Positions 27,851-37,594 are shown, counted from the first letter of the stretch. The stretch: DNA of 64,000 bases from Gemmatales bacterium (GCA_041640595.1 JBEPZY010000001.1:1152001-1216000), one strand, 5' to 3'. Numbers and translations: made by a program. Notes: generated by a model not told the origin, from the sequence alone.

Positions 27851-29329
27851 ATGGATAGTTACGTGCCCACCTGGAATGCTGGATCTAAGATCAATAGCGT
27901 TTCCGATCGCCAATACGCCGATGTTATCATCGTCGGTGGGGGCATTTCTGGACTAAGTCTGGCCTGGCGTCTCACGCAAATAGCGCCAGCGCTGCGGATT
28001 AGGGTTTTGGAAGCTGCCGATCGCCCGGGCGGCACTGCCTGGACGGATTACGAAAATGGTTTCCTTGTGGAACATGGCGCCAATGGCTTTCTCGCTAATA
28101 AAACGAGTACCTGGGATTTAGTGCGGGAATTAGGCTTGGCCAACGAACTGGTTGCCGCTAACCAGACCGCACGGTATCGGTATGTTTTGGACAAGCAAGG
28201 ACTATATCTGTTGCCCAACGGCTTATGGTCATTGTTTAGGTTTCCGCTATTAAGTTGGCGGGCTAAATGGGCCATTCTAACGGAATACTGGCGCCATTCC
28301 GCATCTTCCGAAGACGATGAATCAGTATATGAGTTTATATCGCGCCGCACGAATTGGGAGGTAGCTGATTTATTTGCCGAACTGCTGGTGACTGGCATCT
28401 ATGCAGGCAATCCACACGAACTGAGTATGGCCGCCTGTTTTCCACGGGTCGTCCAAATGGAAAGGCGAGCCGGTAGCGTTACTGCCGGCTTTTTCCAGGA
28501 ACGACGGGAACAAAAACGACACCATCAACAACCCGCGCAAGCTCCTGTAAAGCGATCGCAACTGTATTCCTTGCGGCGAGGGATGCGTCAGCTCATCGAA
28601 ACCCTGGCCCAACGATTAGCTCCAGTGCTACATTTAGCTTCACCGGTACACCGTATTGAGTACGTTGACAGCGAAGCAACGCATCGCTGGCGAGTATCTT
28701 GCCAGGAAACAACCTGGCACTGCCGGGAGTTAGTCCTTGCCTGCCCTGCCTATGTGCAGGCACAATTATTAGAACCCCTTTGTAGCGAATTGGCCCGTGA
28801 AGTTAAAACTATCCCCTATGTTCCTGTCGCGGTTATCGCTCTGGGGTACCGCGAAAATCAATTAGGCAAACGGCTTGTCGGGTTCGGTTACCTGACAACC
28901 TGGAGGTCGCAAAGTCGTATGCTCGGTGCGCAATGGTGTTCCTCTATATTTCCAGATAGGGCTCCCGAGGGTCACGTTCTTATGCGTTATATGGCCGGAG
29001 GCAGTCGCCGGCTCCAAGTATTAGAACAACCGGATGATCTCCTGGTCAGCGAAGCGCATGATGAAGCCAGGCGACTTTTAGCGATTCAGGGAGCGCCTTG
29101 TTATAGCAGAGTCATTCGCTGGCCCCGAGCTATCCCTCAATACACACTAGGCCATCAAAAACGCCTTGCCAGGATACGAAACCTCCTAAGCCGATGGCCA
29201 GGCCTGCATTTGACAGGAAATGCCTATGAGGGTGTCAGCCTGAATGATTGCGTCGAGCGTTCTAATCAACTCGCCACCTATTTAACTCAGCGGCTAAACG
29301 CGGTTCTAGCGACTCAGGACTCGGCGTAA
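27851..29329 (+). CDS. hemY: Protoporphyrinogen/coproporphyrinogen oxidase (HemY-type)
   Basis: GGGISGL FAD motif, EHGANGF, GIYAG.P..LS, GFGYL, RWPRAIPQYTLGH, GNAYEGVSLNDC. Confidence 0.9.
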   Translation: MDSYVPTWNAGSKINSVSDRQYADVIIVGGGISGLSLAWRLTQIAPALRIRVLEAADRPGGTAWTDYENGFLVEHGANGFLANKTSTWDLVRELGLANELVAANQTARYRYVLDKQGLYLLPNGLWSLFRFPLLSWRAKWAILTEYWRHSASSEDDESVYEFISRRTNWEVADLFAELLVTGIYAGNPHELSMAACFPRVVQMERRAGSVTAGFFQERREQKRHHQQPAQAPVKRSQLYSLRRGMRQLIETLAQRLAPVLHLASPVHRIEYVDSEATHRWRVSCQETTWHCRELVLACPAYVQAQLLEPLCSELAREVKTIPYVPVAVIALGYRENQLGKRLVGFGYLTTWRSQSRMLGAQWCSSIFPDRAPEGHVLMRYMAGGSRRLQVLEQPDDLLVSEAHDEARRLLAIQGAPCYSRVIRWPRAIPQYTLGHQKRLARIRNLLSRWPGLHLTGNAYEGVSLNDCVERSNQLATYLTQRLNAVLATQDSA

Positions 29330-30733
29330 CCAATCTTGAAAGGCACTGGTGCCATCGAAAAGGAACAACTCCTGCATATCATAGTTGGGCCAGGGCGAAC
29401 GATCGGTAAAGGGCTGGCTTTCGTCTTGGAGTAACCGCATCCAGCCACGTTTCAGCATGGGATGCATATATTGATAGCCAGGCAAGGGTGCAATATAGGT
29501 TCTAAGTCCGAAAGCTAGCCCTTCGTATAAAGCAGTCGAAAACACCCCGACTTGAATGCTCGAACAAGCCTGCAGATCGTAAATTGAAGTTCTAACGTCA
29601 GCAATCTCGACACCGTGATCCAGCAAGTCTCGTTGCCGCTCTGGTGGAAAGTATTCGGAAGGGTGAGGCCGAAATATCACTCGAAATGCTCGTGGTGCAG
29701 CTCGGGCCAGTCGAATCGCCCACTGAGCCAGTGCATTACCACAGCCCGGCTGCGATAAGACGAGCACGCTCGGTTGCCGTGCCGGACACTCCGACTGCTG
29801 CACCAACGATTGAAAAAACGGAAAGCCCACCTCAACGGCATTATCCTGCGCTACGGGTAAATCCATAACCTTGCGCCAATAAGGACCAAAGAGTAGTGCA
29901 TAGTCAGGATATGTTTTCTGTCTAATCCCCGGCGGTGTAGTATAGGTGAGATCGTATGGTCCGATAAGGCCGTGCTGCATCTCAGCGGTTACTATACCTA
30001 GGTCGCGGCATGCTTCCACAAACGCCCGCTCGGCAGGATTAATCGCCACGATAATACCCAAACGAGGACGAATTCGACGCAACAAATCCCGATATAATCC
30101 GCGTAAACAACGGCGTGCCGCCAGGTACGTCCGCCCCAGCTCAGCAACAGGCACCTCCATCCGAAACCTGGCTTGCAAAGCCGATTCTAGACCTAACAGC
30201 CACCGTTCTACCCTGCCAGAAATTCCCCACATTGTTCGGCGATAACAGGCGGCCAATCCAGCCAGAAGGTCGGTGTAGTAAACATGCTTAGTTCTGGTGG
30301 GCTGAACATGTCGGCCACCTTCGGGGCGTTCCAGGTAAATGTAAGACCCATTTAGATTATCGAGAAACGGGTCTAAATACGGGTCGTGCCAGCAGAACTC
30401 TCGCCATACTCTGCGAGCAATACCCAGACAGACAACAGGACGCGACGGCGCAAAATAAGGATTCGCAGCGAACATTCCACGTAGCAAACCCGGATCTGCT
30501 ACCCGCCATATCAAGGGCCTGGGTACGGGTGACAACGATTCCATAAAGCCACTTAGTTCCTGTAATTTCAGAAATACGGGTACCCGGACATATTCCCAGA
30601 GGGGAACTTGATCTTCAAAAAAGTCCCAGGCGCCGACCTGCCACTCCCAATCGAGGAAGCCCGACCACAACTCTTCCCAGCGATTTGCCTCAGCTAAAAA
30701 GTCGCCCAAAGGAAGGCGAGTAGATGCCTGCAT
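29306..30733 (-). CDS. Polysaccharide biosynthesis protein (GT-B-like, possible nonulosonic acid transferase)
   Basis: EMQHGLI, PDYALLFGPYW, VLSQP, FRPHPSE and GVFSTALYEGL motifs; in operon with wzm/wzt. Confidence 0.6.
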   Translation of the reverse strand: MQASTRLPLGDFLAEANRWEELWSGFLDWEWQVGAWDFFEDQVPLWEYVRVPVFLKLQELSGFMESLSPVPRPLIWRVADPGLLRGMFAANPYFAPSRPVVCLGIARRVWREFCWHDPYLDPFLDNLNGSYIYLERPEGGRHVQPTRTKHVYYTDLLAGLAACYRRTMWGISGRVERWLLGLESALQARFRMEVPVAELGRTYLAARRCLRGLYRDLLRRIRPRLGIIVAINPAERAFVEACRDLGIVTAEMQHGLIGPYDLTYTTPPGIRQKTYPDYALLFGPYWRKVMDLPVAQDNAVEVGFPFFQSLVQQSECPARQPSVLVLSQPGCGNALAQWAIRLARAAPRAFRVIFRPHPSEYFPPERQRDLLDHGVEIADVRTSIYDLQACSSIQVGVFSTALYEGLAFGLRTYIAPLPGYQYMHPMLKRGWMRLLQDESQPFTDRSPWPNYDMQELFLFDGTSAFQDWLRRVLSR

Positions 30734-30745
30734 GAGTCCGGCCTG

Positions 30746-31504
30746 CTAAGCTGCGCTCCGCTGGTTAGATGTCATATACTCTCTGTAGGCTTCCACAACA
30801 GTTTGCGGATCGCCTTGCATGACAATTTCTCCATGATCCAGCCAGACCATGCGCGTGCAAAGTTTCGGCACGGTGACCGTGTCGTGCGTGGCAATGACCA
30901 GCAACCGCGATTGATGTATCAGTTCCATAATACGTCGGTGTGCTTTTTCCTGGAAACTTAAGTCCCCCGCACTAAGTATTTCATCAATCAACAAGATTTC
31001 CGGTTCAATCTCGGTGGCTATAGAGAAACAGAGACGCACTAACATTCCGCTACTATAAAATCGAACCGGGATGTTGAGAAACTCTCCCAGCTCACTAAAT
31101 TCAGCAATGCGTGGTCGGCGTTGGCGTACCTCCCTGGGAGTCAAACCTTGAAGGTAGCTACGATAAGCTATATTGGCCCAGCCCGTGGCATCGGACTCGA
31201 TACCGACACCGATATCAAGTAGGGTAGAAACTCGTCCCTCCACCTCCAGGTGTCCGGAGGTGGGAGGATAAATTCCCGCAAGTAGTTTCAAGAGTGTAGT
31301 TTTGCCAGCACCGTTGTGACCGATGACACCGACTCGCTCTCCCTCGCGGATTTCCAGATTGACGTTCTTGAGCGCATGCACTTCCATAACCGGATTGACT
31401 GAACGACGGAAAAATCCTCCCAAGAGAAATTGCTTCAGGGGAATGCGCTTGTGCCGGCGAACGCGGAAAGTAAGGTGCACATTGCTTAGACGGATATGCA
31501 CCAT
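30746..31504 (-). CDS. wzt: Polysaccharide ABC exporter ATP-binding subunit
   Basis: GHNGAGKTT, FSELGEFLNIPVRFYSSGM, LIDEILSAGD. Confidence 0.88.
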   Translation of the reverse strand: MVHIRLSNVHLTFRVRRHKRIPLKQFLLGGFFRRSVNPVMEVHALKNVNLEIREGERVGVIGHNGAGKTTLLKLLAGIYPPTSGHLEVEGRVSTLLDIGVGIESDATGWANIAYRSYLQGLTPREVRQRRPRIAEFSELGEFLNIPVRFYSSGMLVRLCFSIATEIEPEILLIDEILSAGDLSFQEKAHRRIMELIHQSRLLVIATHDTVTVPKLCTRMVWLDHGEIVMQGDPQTVVEAYREYMTSNQRSAA

Positions 31505-31541
31505 AGTTGAGGACTCCCTACGCGCTTGCCCGTGGAGGTTA

Positions 31542-32348
31542 TTAGAGGCTGAAAATGATTTTCCGCTCGTTGGTTACCAGCAGGAAAATAGCAAGGCCAG
31601 CTAGCACGACCACGGTGTTGATGGCTATAAGAAAATCAGCCAGCGGAGGAATGCGGCCATACAGGACCGGTTCTCTTACCAGCTCTACGATATAACCGAG
31701 CGGATTATAGGTCAAAATCGTAACAAGCACTCCTCGTTGAGCGAACATTTGCTTAGGATAAAAAACCGGCGTAAGATAATAAATCAACTGAAGCAAAATG
31801 CCGGCAAGATGATGCGTATCTGGGAAATGCACATTGATGATACCGAAAATGGTCGTCAAAGCCCAGCTAAAAAAGAAAAGCACCACCAATATGGGCACTA
31901 AGATCGGCAAAGCCGCAAGGTTTGCAAAACCCCGAATCATCCAGCTTAGCAGGATGGTGAATGCCAACAGGATCAAGAAATGTAGTGCCACGCTCAGAGC
32001 AGTGCGCAATGAATACATGGCGAGTGGCGCGGGGTAAGAGCGGATATACTTTTCGCCGACGAGTATGCTATGGCATCCTTCGAGAACGGAGTTAGAAATA
32101 AAACCCCAGATAGCGACACCAGTAAACACATAAGGGGCATACTCGCCCAAGTTCGTTTCTACGAATATCTGACTAAAAACCAAGCACATGACCGTAGTAT
32201 AAGCCAGGGGTTGCAGCAATGCCCAGGCAATTCCCAGAAACGACCGGCGATAACGCGCATCGAGATCCAGCTTGACCAAGGCCAGCCAGAAATAGCGGCG
32301 TTTCCAGATTTCAGAGAGATAATGTGCGGTGTAAGAAAGGGCAGCCAT
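31542..32348 (-). CDS. wzm: Polysaccharide ABC exporter permease
   Basis: RYRRSFLGIAWALLQPL, YYLTPVFYP, YNPL; about 6 TM segments. Confidence 0.88.
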   Translation of the reverse strand: MAALSYTAHYLSEIWKRRYFWLALVKLDLDARYRRSFLGIAWALLQPLAYTTVMCLVFSQIFVETNLGEYAPYVFTGVAIWGFISNSVLEGCHSILVGEKYIRSYPAPLAMYSLRTALSVALHFLILLAFTILLSWMIRGFANLAALPILVPILVVLFFFSWALTTIFGIINVHFPDTHHLAGILLQLIYYLTPVFYPKQMFAQRGVLVTILTYNPLGYIVELVREPVLYGRIPPLADFLIAINTVVVLAGLAIFLLVTNERKIIFSL

Positions 32349-32523
32349 AGAATGCGTCCCAGTGTGCTCCGGTTTCTATATCCACAATTGGCCGAATCCT
32401 AGCAAAAGATGCAATGAGGCGGAAGGCCAGATTACAAGCATCCAGTGGCCAGCTCGAGGAACGCAGCAAATGTCGTTGTTACGGGGCCTGAACGATTGGT
32501 GCCTGGCTGGCCGGTGGAAACGG

Positions 32524-33192
32524 TTACAGATACGGTTCATGGACCTCGCGGCTGCGAACAATGCGAGCGGGAAGACCGTAAGCGACGACCTGATCGGGCA
32601 GGTCTTCGACCACCAGGGCCCCTGCTCCAACCACGGTGGCCTTACCAATTCGTCGTCCGTGAAGCACGCAAGCACCCAGGCAGATAGCAGCGTAGGCGCC
32701 CACACAAACACCGCCGCCCAGACACGCATGAGGGCCCAGGCTGGCGAACTCGCCCAGTCGGCAGTCGTGATCCACCGAACAATGCGTGTTCAATATGCAC
32801 CCCGGCCCAATCTCCGCACCGGCATTGACGATGGCTCCAGGCAAAACCACCGTACCGGTTCCCAGTCTGGCAAAAGGCGAGACCCAAGCCGTGGGATGCA
32901 CCGCGCTGACAGGCTGCCAGTGCGGAAAACGTTGCAGTATCCGTTGCGTTAGTTGCCAGCGTTGCCAGTTGTCGCCGATACCGATCACAAAGCCATCAAT
33001 GCGAAATTGCTCCGCCAAACGCGGCAGGTCGGCGTCGTTTCCCAGTATCGGCACGCCCAAAAGCGAAGTGCCCGGTGCCAGCCGGGGATCAATGATGCCG
33101 GTAACCTGCACGCGATCCTCAGCGAGCAGCGTATCGAGCACGACCCGGGCGTGACCGCCGGCTCCGAAAAGCAAGACGTTGAGACGCGACAT
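32524..33192 (-). CDS. NeuD/PglD family sugar O-acetyltransferase
   Basis: GAGGHARVV, IGIGDN..R, HPTA, hexapeptide repeats with VDHDC, G.PAR. Confidence 0.85.
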   Translation of the reverse strand: MSRLNVLLFGAGGHARVVLDTLLAEDRVQVTGIIDPRLAPGTSLLGVPILGNDADLPRLAEQFRIDGFVIGIGDNWQRWQLTQRILQRFPHWQPVSAVHPTAWVSPFARLGTGTVVLPGAIVNAGAEIGPGCILNTHCSVDHDCRLGEFASLGPHACLGGGVCVGAYAAICLGACVLHGRRIGKATVVGAGALVVEDLPDQVVAYGLPARIVRSREVHEPYL

Positions 33193-33456
33193 AGGATGGT
33201 CGCTGTATCAAGCCGGGAATGGTACCGTTCGGCCAAACAAGGGAGATACCAGAACCGGAAGTGTGCGCGAAGTCCAAATTTACCAGCTCCGCACGGACTC
33301 GCTTTGGGCTCCCGTGATCCGCATGGTGACGTCCAAAAACCCTCTTGCTGACCAGCCTGGCAGGGAAATTTCGTATTGCTCTTGACCTCGGGCCCGAGGC
33401 GGGTATGGCAAGGTTGATGGTTCCGGATATCGAACAGCCGAGAATTGGAGGGGCGC

Positions 33457-33942
33457 ATGCGCTGGCAAATCACGGCGGCACTGGTTCTAGGAATGGCCTT
33501 GGGCTGGTGCCTTGGTGGCGAGTGGTTCCGAGGCGGCAACGTGCGAGCCGGCAACGACCGCTGGCAGGAATTTGCTCTGGCCACCGGTGCCATTCTGGCC
33601 GGCCCGGTCGGACACGATCAGGATGGCGTCTGGCTGCTCGATTCCAAAAACGGCAAGCTCCTCGCTTCGGCTGTGAGCCGAACCACAGGCCGTATCTTAC
33701 CCTGGGCTGAAGTAGATCTTTCGCGGGAGTTCGGACTTGCCTCGCCTGCTCAGGGACAATTCCTCATGACTACCGGTCAGGTTGGCCGCGGAGCTTCCGT
33801 CTTATTCGTCGCCGAGGTCACCAGTGGTCGGCTGGCAGTTTATTCCATGAGCCTGGCGGAAGGACAAAATCCCGGCGTAGTCGTGCGCCGACACGACCTG
33901 GTGGCATTTCGTCCCGGCTCGGTGCGTAGCTCTCCTAACTGA
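33457..33942 (+). CDS. Secreted hypothetical protein
   Basis: GGAGG RBS, N-terminal hydrophobic signal, FLMTTG and LFVAEVTSGRLAVY segments. Confidence 0.7.
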   Translation: MRWQITAALVLGMALGWCLGGEWFRGGNVRAGNDRWQEFALATGAILAGPVGHDQDGVWLLDSKNGKLLASAVSRTTGRILPWAEVDLSREFGLASPAQGQFLMTTGQVGRGASVLFVAEVTSGRLAVYSMSLAEGQNPGVVVRRHDLVAFRPGSVRSSPN

Positions 33943-34141
33943 TTCCCTGTCGTGCGATTTCCTGCAACAGCTGCCGCGCCACTTTGTAGGCGTGGCGGAT
34001 GGTGACGGCACGAGCTTCGATTTGTTCTGGCGTGTAGTACCGGCCGGGCTCTGCTCGTGGAAGTCCGGCCAATTCGAGCACCAGGGGAAGCAAGGTTACG
34101 AATTCCCGAGCCCGTTGCTGTTGCAATTCCAGTTCAGTCAT
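33935..34141 (-). CDS. Small hypothetical protein (68 aa)
   Basis: AGGAG RBS; helical protein-like sequence (EFVTLLPLVLELAGLP...YYTPEQIEARA...AYKVAR). Confidence 0.65.
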   Translation of the reverse strand: MTELELQQQRAREFVTLLPLVLELAGLPRAEPGRYYTPEQIEARAVTIRHAYKVARQLLQEIARQGIS

Positions 34142-34290
34142 GGCTAAGCTCCTTGGCGTGCCTGCCAGCGAATAACCTCACCGGTGGCCAAGCCGATTTT
34201 CGGGTTTGCCTGCTGCCAAACGCCTCGCTTTTTCTTAGCATACCCGAAAATGCGTCCGAGTAAAATAGCCAGGCTACTGGAGGATGCGCC

Positions 34291-34515
34291 ATGACTAGCC
34301 TTCCCGACCCTTCCAACCCCGCTCCACGATGCATCCACTTGTGCTGCAAGTCCATGCTCACCTACGGGGAACAATTCCAAGAAGACCCTGAATTTCAGGC
34401 CGGACTGGTGGATTTCTGGTGTGTGCTTACCGCACGATCCACGGGGCCAGACGGCGGTGACGTAAGCTGGCAGGCCTGCTGCGACCCAAACCGCACCTGT
34501 TACCGCGAATATTGA
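34291..34515 (+). CDS. Small Cys-rich protein (74 aa)
   Basis: GGAGG RBS; CIHLCCKSM...WCVLT...GPDG...CCDPNRTCY. Confidence 0.7.
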   Translation: MTSLPDPSNPAPRCIHLCCKSMLTYGEQFQEDPEFQAGLVDFWCVLTARSTGPDGGDVSWQACCDPNRTCYREY

Positions 34516-34746
34516 TGCAGGAAACCGCGGCAATCGCTGACGGCGTTCTATACTACTCAAGAGCCAAAGCGCTTCGTCCTGTTCCATCGGCAAACCGAAT
34601 ACTTCCCAACTTGGATGGACGCGTCCTGACCCACACAAAGCGGTGCAAGATAATATCTGCATCACTGGCACCCGACTGGAATTTCACGTCTTTTGGGCGC
34701 TGGAAAGTGATGAAGAAAATTTCGCCTCGCATCCTGGCGGATTAGC

Positions 34747-35859
34747 ATGCGACTACTTTGCCCCCACTGCCGCAAAGAAGTACAAGTTGGCGACCACCTT
34801 GCTGGGCAGGTTTCCACTTGCCCGCTGTGTCAGAAGCCATTCCGCGTGCCTGTGCCACCTTCGGCTTCGGCTGGGACGAGTCAAGCGGCCACCGCGCCCC
34901 CATCGGTCGCCCCTTCGACCTCCAGCGTACCGCCGCCCAGTGCGGGAGCGGCAGGCTGGGATACCGCAGCACGGGGAGTGGCACCGAGTCCAGGTGTCCC
35001 GACTTCCGCGCCGCCTGCCCCAGGCTACACGCCAACGTTTTCCCCTTCGACTGCAACGCCGCCTTACGTTCCTCCAATCTCGCCTCAGCCGCCGATAAGC
35101 AGTCCGTTAGGCGCTACGGGCCCGGCTGCGCCCTCGCTCCCGGTCTCCCCTGGCGTAGCTGCATCGCCCACGCTACCGCCCCCTGTGCCTTCTCCGGGCT
35201 ACTCGGACTCCATCCAGCTTCTAGTTCTTTCGCCTGTAAAATTGCAGTTCCTGCAATTTCTGGGAATGCTTCTGTTGGCAGTGCTTCTGTTTTTTCCCTG
35301 GCTTCGCGTGCCTCCCGGCACCGGGATTCTCTTCCAGCAAAACGGGTTTCAGCTAGCGTTTGGTCGCGGAACCGGCGAGCTAAAAGACAAAATCGAACCC
35401 GGCGTCTCGCCTTTGGGGATAATTTTTTTCTTTTTAGCCCTCTTCTCCGCGATCCTGAGCGGTCTTTTGCTATTAGCCGCGAAGCTGGACTGGCCGGAAT
35501 TAAGACCCTACCTGCGTTTCCGCCATTTGCTGACCGGCGGACTGATTTTGCTCCTTGCCACAATATTGTCGTTACAGGTTCTTATAGGCTTCCCCTTGAA
35601 TGCCGCCTGGACAGCAACTGCTAAGCTTTCCGATGAGGATGCGAAAAAAGTATATCAAGCCGTCGAAACCGCACAGGTTTCGTGGTTAGATGTATTAGCT
35701 CGTTCCGTAATTAAAAACCCGGAAGAGCATATAGGGTGGGGCTGGGGACTATACGGAACATGCCTGTTAGTGATTTTGCTCGTAGCTCTGGCACTGTTGG
35801 ATTTCTGGCAGCAGCGTCGCGGCAGTCCCCTTCCGCCTCGTCTATTATTAGAAAAATAA
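34747..35859 (+). CDS. Membrane protein with N-terminal Zn ribbon and Pro-rich linker
   Basis: CPHC...CPLC, about 120 aa Pro/Ser/Ala-rich linker, about 4 TM segments. Confidence 0.75.
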   Translation: MRLLCPHCRKEVQVGDHLAGQVSTCPLCQKPFRVPVPPSASAGTSQAATAPPSVAPSTSSVPPPSAGAAGWDTAARGVAPSPGVPTSAPPAPGYTPTFSPSTATPPYVPPISPQPPISSPLGATGPAAPSLPVSPGVAASPTLPPPVPSPGYSDSIQLLVLSPVKLQFLQFLGMLLLAVLLFFPWLRVPPGTGILFQQNGFQLAFGRGTGELKDKIEPGVSPLGIIFFFLALFSAILSGLLLLAAKLDWPELRPYLRFRHLLTGGLILLLATILSLQVLIGFPLNAAWTATAKLSDEDAKKVYQAVETAQVSWLDVLARSVIKNPEEHIGWGWGLYGTCLLVILLVALALLDFWQQRRGSPLPPRLLLEK

Positions 35860-36416
35860 GTTCCCGCATGAACGCAGGCTTACCCAATGGCTCGACGTTT
35901 GACATGTCCCGATCGGCAAGCTAAGTTTCAGCGGGCGCACCGACACTCGCGGACAAAGTCAGGCTAGGCTCTGTCACGCATTCGGCAGCGTTATGTTATA
36001 ACTTTATAGCCACAGGGCTGTCGTGAGGAAATCGAATTGGGGCAATCCAGGAGGCTGGGAGGCCATGCGCTACATGATCACGGATGAAATGTGGGTGGTT
36101 ATCGAGGAATGTTTGGCCCAAGCGAAGATAGAAAAACGGGGCCGACCCGCAGAGATTTCCGACCGCAAGTTCCTCGAGGCCTTGCTCTCCTTGCTCTACG
36201 TGGCGCGAACGGGGATTCCCCGACGGGATTTGCCCAGGGAATTTGGGAAATGGGATGCGATTTACAACCGGTATCGCCGCTGGCTCAAAAACGGTACGCT
36301 GCAGAGGCTGTTTGAGTTGCTCACTGCCCACCCAGAGTTAGCGGCCATCAGACGCATCCTGATAGATGCCACGAATGTGCGAGCCCATCGGTGCGCGGCA
36401 GGGGCACCGAAAAAAG

Positions 36417-36517
36417 GGTCTGCCTCCGAGCAGGGTCCGCGTGGGAGTCGGCAGTTGTAAGTGGTCGGACAAGCGAAGTTCCGGTCTGCCTCCGAACAGG
36501 GTCTTGGTCGGAGTCGG
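36417..36517. repeat. Repeat-spacer-repeat unit inside the transposase (35 bp x2, 30/35 identical, 31-bp insert)
   Basis: ggtctgcctccgagcagggtccgcgtgggagtcgg / cagttgtaagtggtcggacaagcgaagttcc / ggtctgcctccgaacagggtcttggtcggagtcgg. Confidence 0.85.
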
Positions 36518-36681
36518 GGTGGATTCTCGACGAAGATGGTGCTCACTGCCCTAGATGAGAACACACCGGTGGCCGTAGAGCTGTTACCTGGTCAGGTGCA
36601 TGAAGCAACGCAGGTCGAGAAGATGCTTGATGCGAGCCAAGCACGTCTTCCTCAGATTGAGGAAGCGGTGGTGGATAAGGG

Positions 36682-36848
36682 GTTTGACGGTGAGCCACAG
36701 CGGGCAGCTATGGTCGCTCTTGCATGCATTGTTGGCCCCCCTGTGCGGAGTTTGACGGTGAGCCTCAGCGGCAAGCGATGTTGTGAGTTCGCCTGCGCCT
36801 CCGGGTCGTTGTCCGCGTTTGACGGTGAGCCACAGCGGCAAACCATGG
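36682..36848. repeat. Three 32-bp repeats with 36- and 35-bp unique inserts inside the transposase (mini-array-like)
   Basis: gtttgacggtgagccacagcgggcagctatgg (36682), gtttgacggtgagcctcagcggcaagcgatgt (36750), gtttgacggtgagccacagcggcaaaccatgg (36817). Confidence 0.9.
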
Positions 36849-37087
36849 CAAGTCGGAACATCCGGCCGGTGATTCCCTATCGAGCCAATCGGCAAAAAGG
36901 GGGGGCGACTAAACCGGAAGGCGTATGCGGAGCGTAACAAGATAGAACGGCTGATTGGCAAGTTGAAAGAGTTTCGTCGCATCGCCACACGATATGACAA
37001 GTTGAAAGAGACATTTCTTGGCATCATTCAACTGGCTCTCGCATACATTTGCCTAAAAGCTAAGTTAATCGTCAACAGAGCCTAATT

Positions 37088-37594
37088 ATGACAGCATTAG
37101 CGACTGGATTTTCTCTAAGCACGGCAACAAGCCTGACGCTGGTTACGGGATACTGGCCAGGTTCCGGTCTGGGAGGCGTGCTGGTGTTTGCAGTGAGCTT
37201 TGCTGCATTCTGGGGATTCAGTATGTTAGTTGGGGCGCTGAGCCGGAGCAGTGCTGCCGTGCTGGTTGCGAATGTCCTATTGTGGTTGGTAAGCTACGCG
37301 GTGAACGTTTCGCACTTATGCCAGACCTCGTATCCGAGCGAGCACATCACTGCTTCAGTTTTGGCCCGGCTACCTTACTGGTGCTTGCCGAAACCGGCCG
37401 ACTTGTTGATACTGTTGAGCGACCTCATCGGTGCAGGCCAACATTTCGCCAGCTTCCCGGAACTACTGGATTCCCGAAACGTGGCTGAGTTTAACCCATG
37501 GTGGAGCGTTGGAAGCAGTTTAGGCTTCGGTCTGACCATGGCTGTCCTGGCCGGCTGGGAGTTACGCCGGGCGGAAACAGAAGTCTTTTCATAA
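37088..37594 (+). pseudogene. C-terminal fragment of an ABC-2-type membrane permease, truncated at the IS end
   Basis: Hydrophobic ORF starting directly at the IS right end, with YWCLPKPADL...WWSVGSSLGF...WELRR resembling a permease C-terminus; no RBS or N-terminal half visible. Confidence 0.55.

Larger units (their letters stand above)
35967..37082 (+). mobile_element. IS5-family insertion sequence (degenerate)
   Basis: Terminal inverted repeats GGCTCTGT (35967) and ACAGAGCC (ending 37082), each flanked by TA; encloses the transposase remnant. Confidence 0.85.
36065..37085 (+). pseudogene. IS5-family DDE transposase, disrupted
   Basis: RGRP..DRKFLEA, YVARTG, LPREFGKW, IDAT.VRAH, GRSRGGFSTK, DKGFD, ERNKIER..KLKEFRRIATRYDK. 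Disrupted by a 66-bp insertion carrying TAA, a 135-bp insertion, a 9-bp tandem duplication near 36181 and a frameshift in the G-run near 36900. Confidence 0.88.

Noticed and set aside
36410..36416. AAAAAAG slippery site as a programmed -1 frameshift in the IS
   Set aside because: Upstream and downstream transposase halves are already in the same frame once the 66-bp insert is removed
36682..36848. Calling this a bona fide CRISPR array
   Set aside because: No cas genes or leader in the window, repeats are degenerate and derive from transposase codons; reported as a repeat and a finding instead
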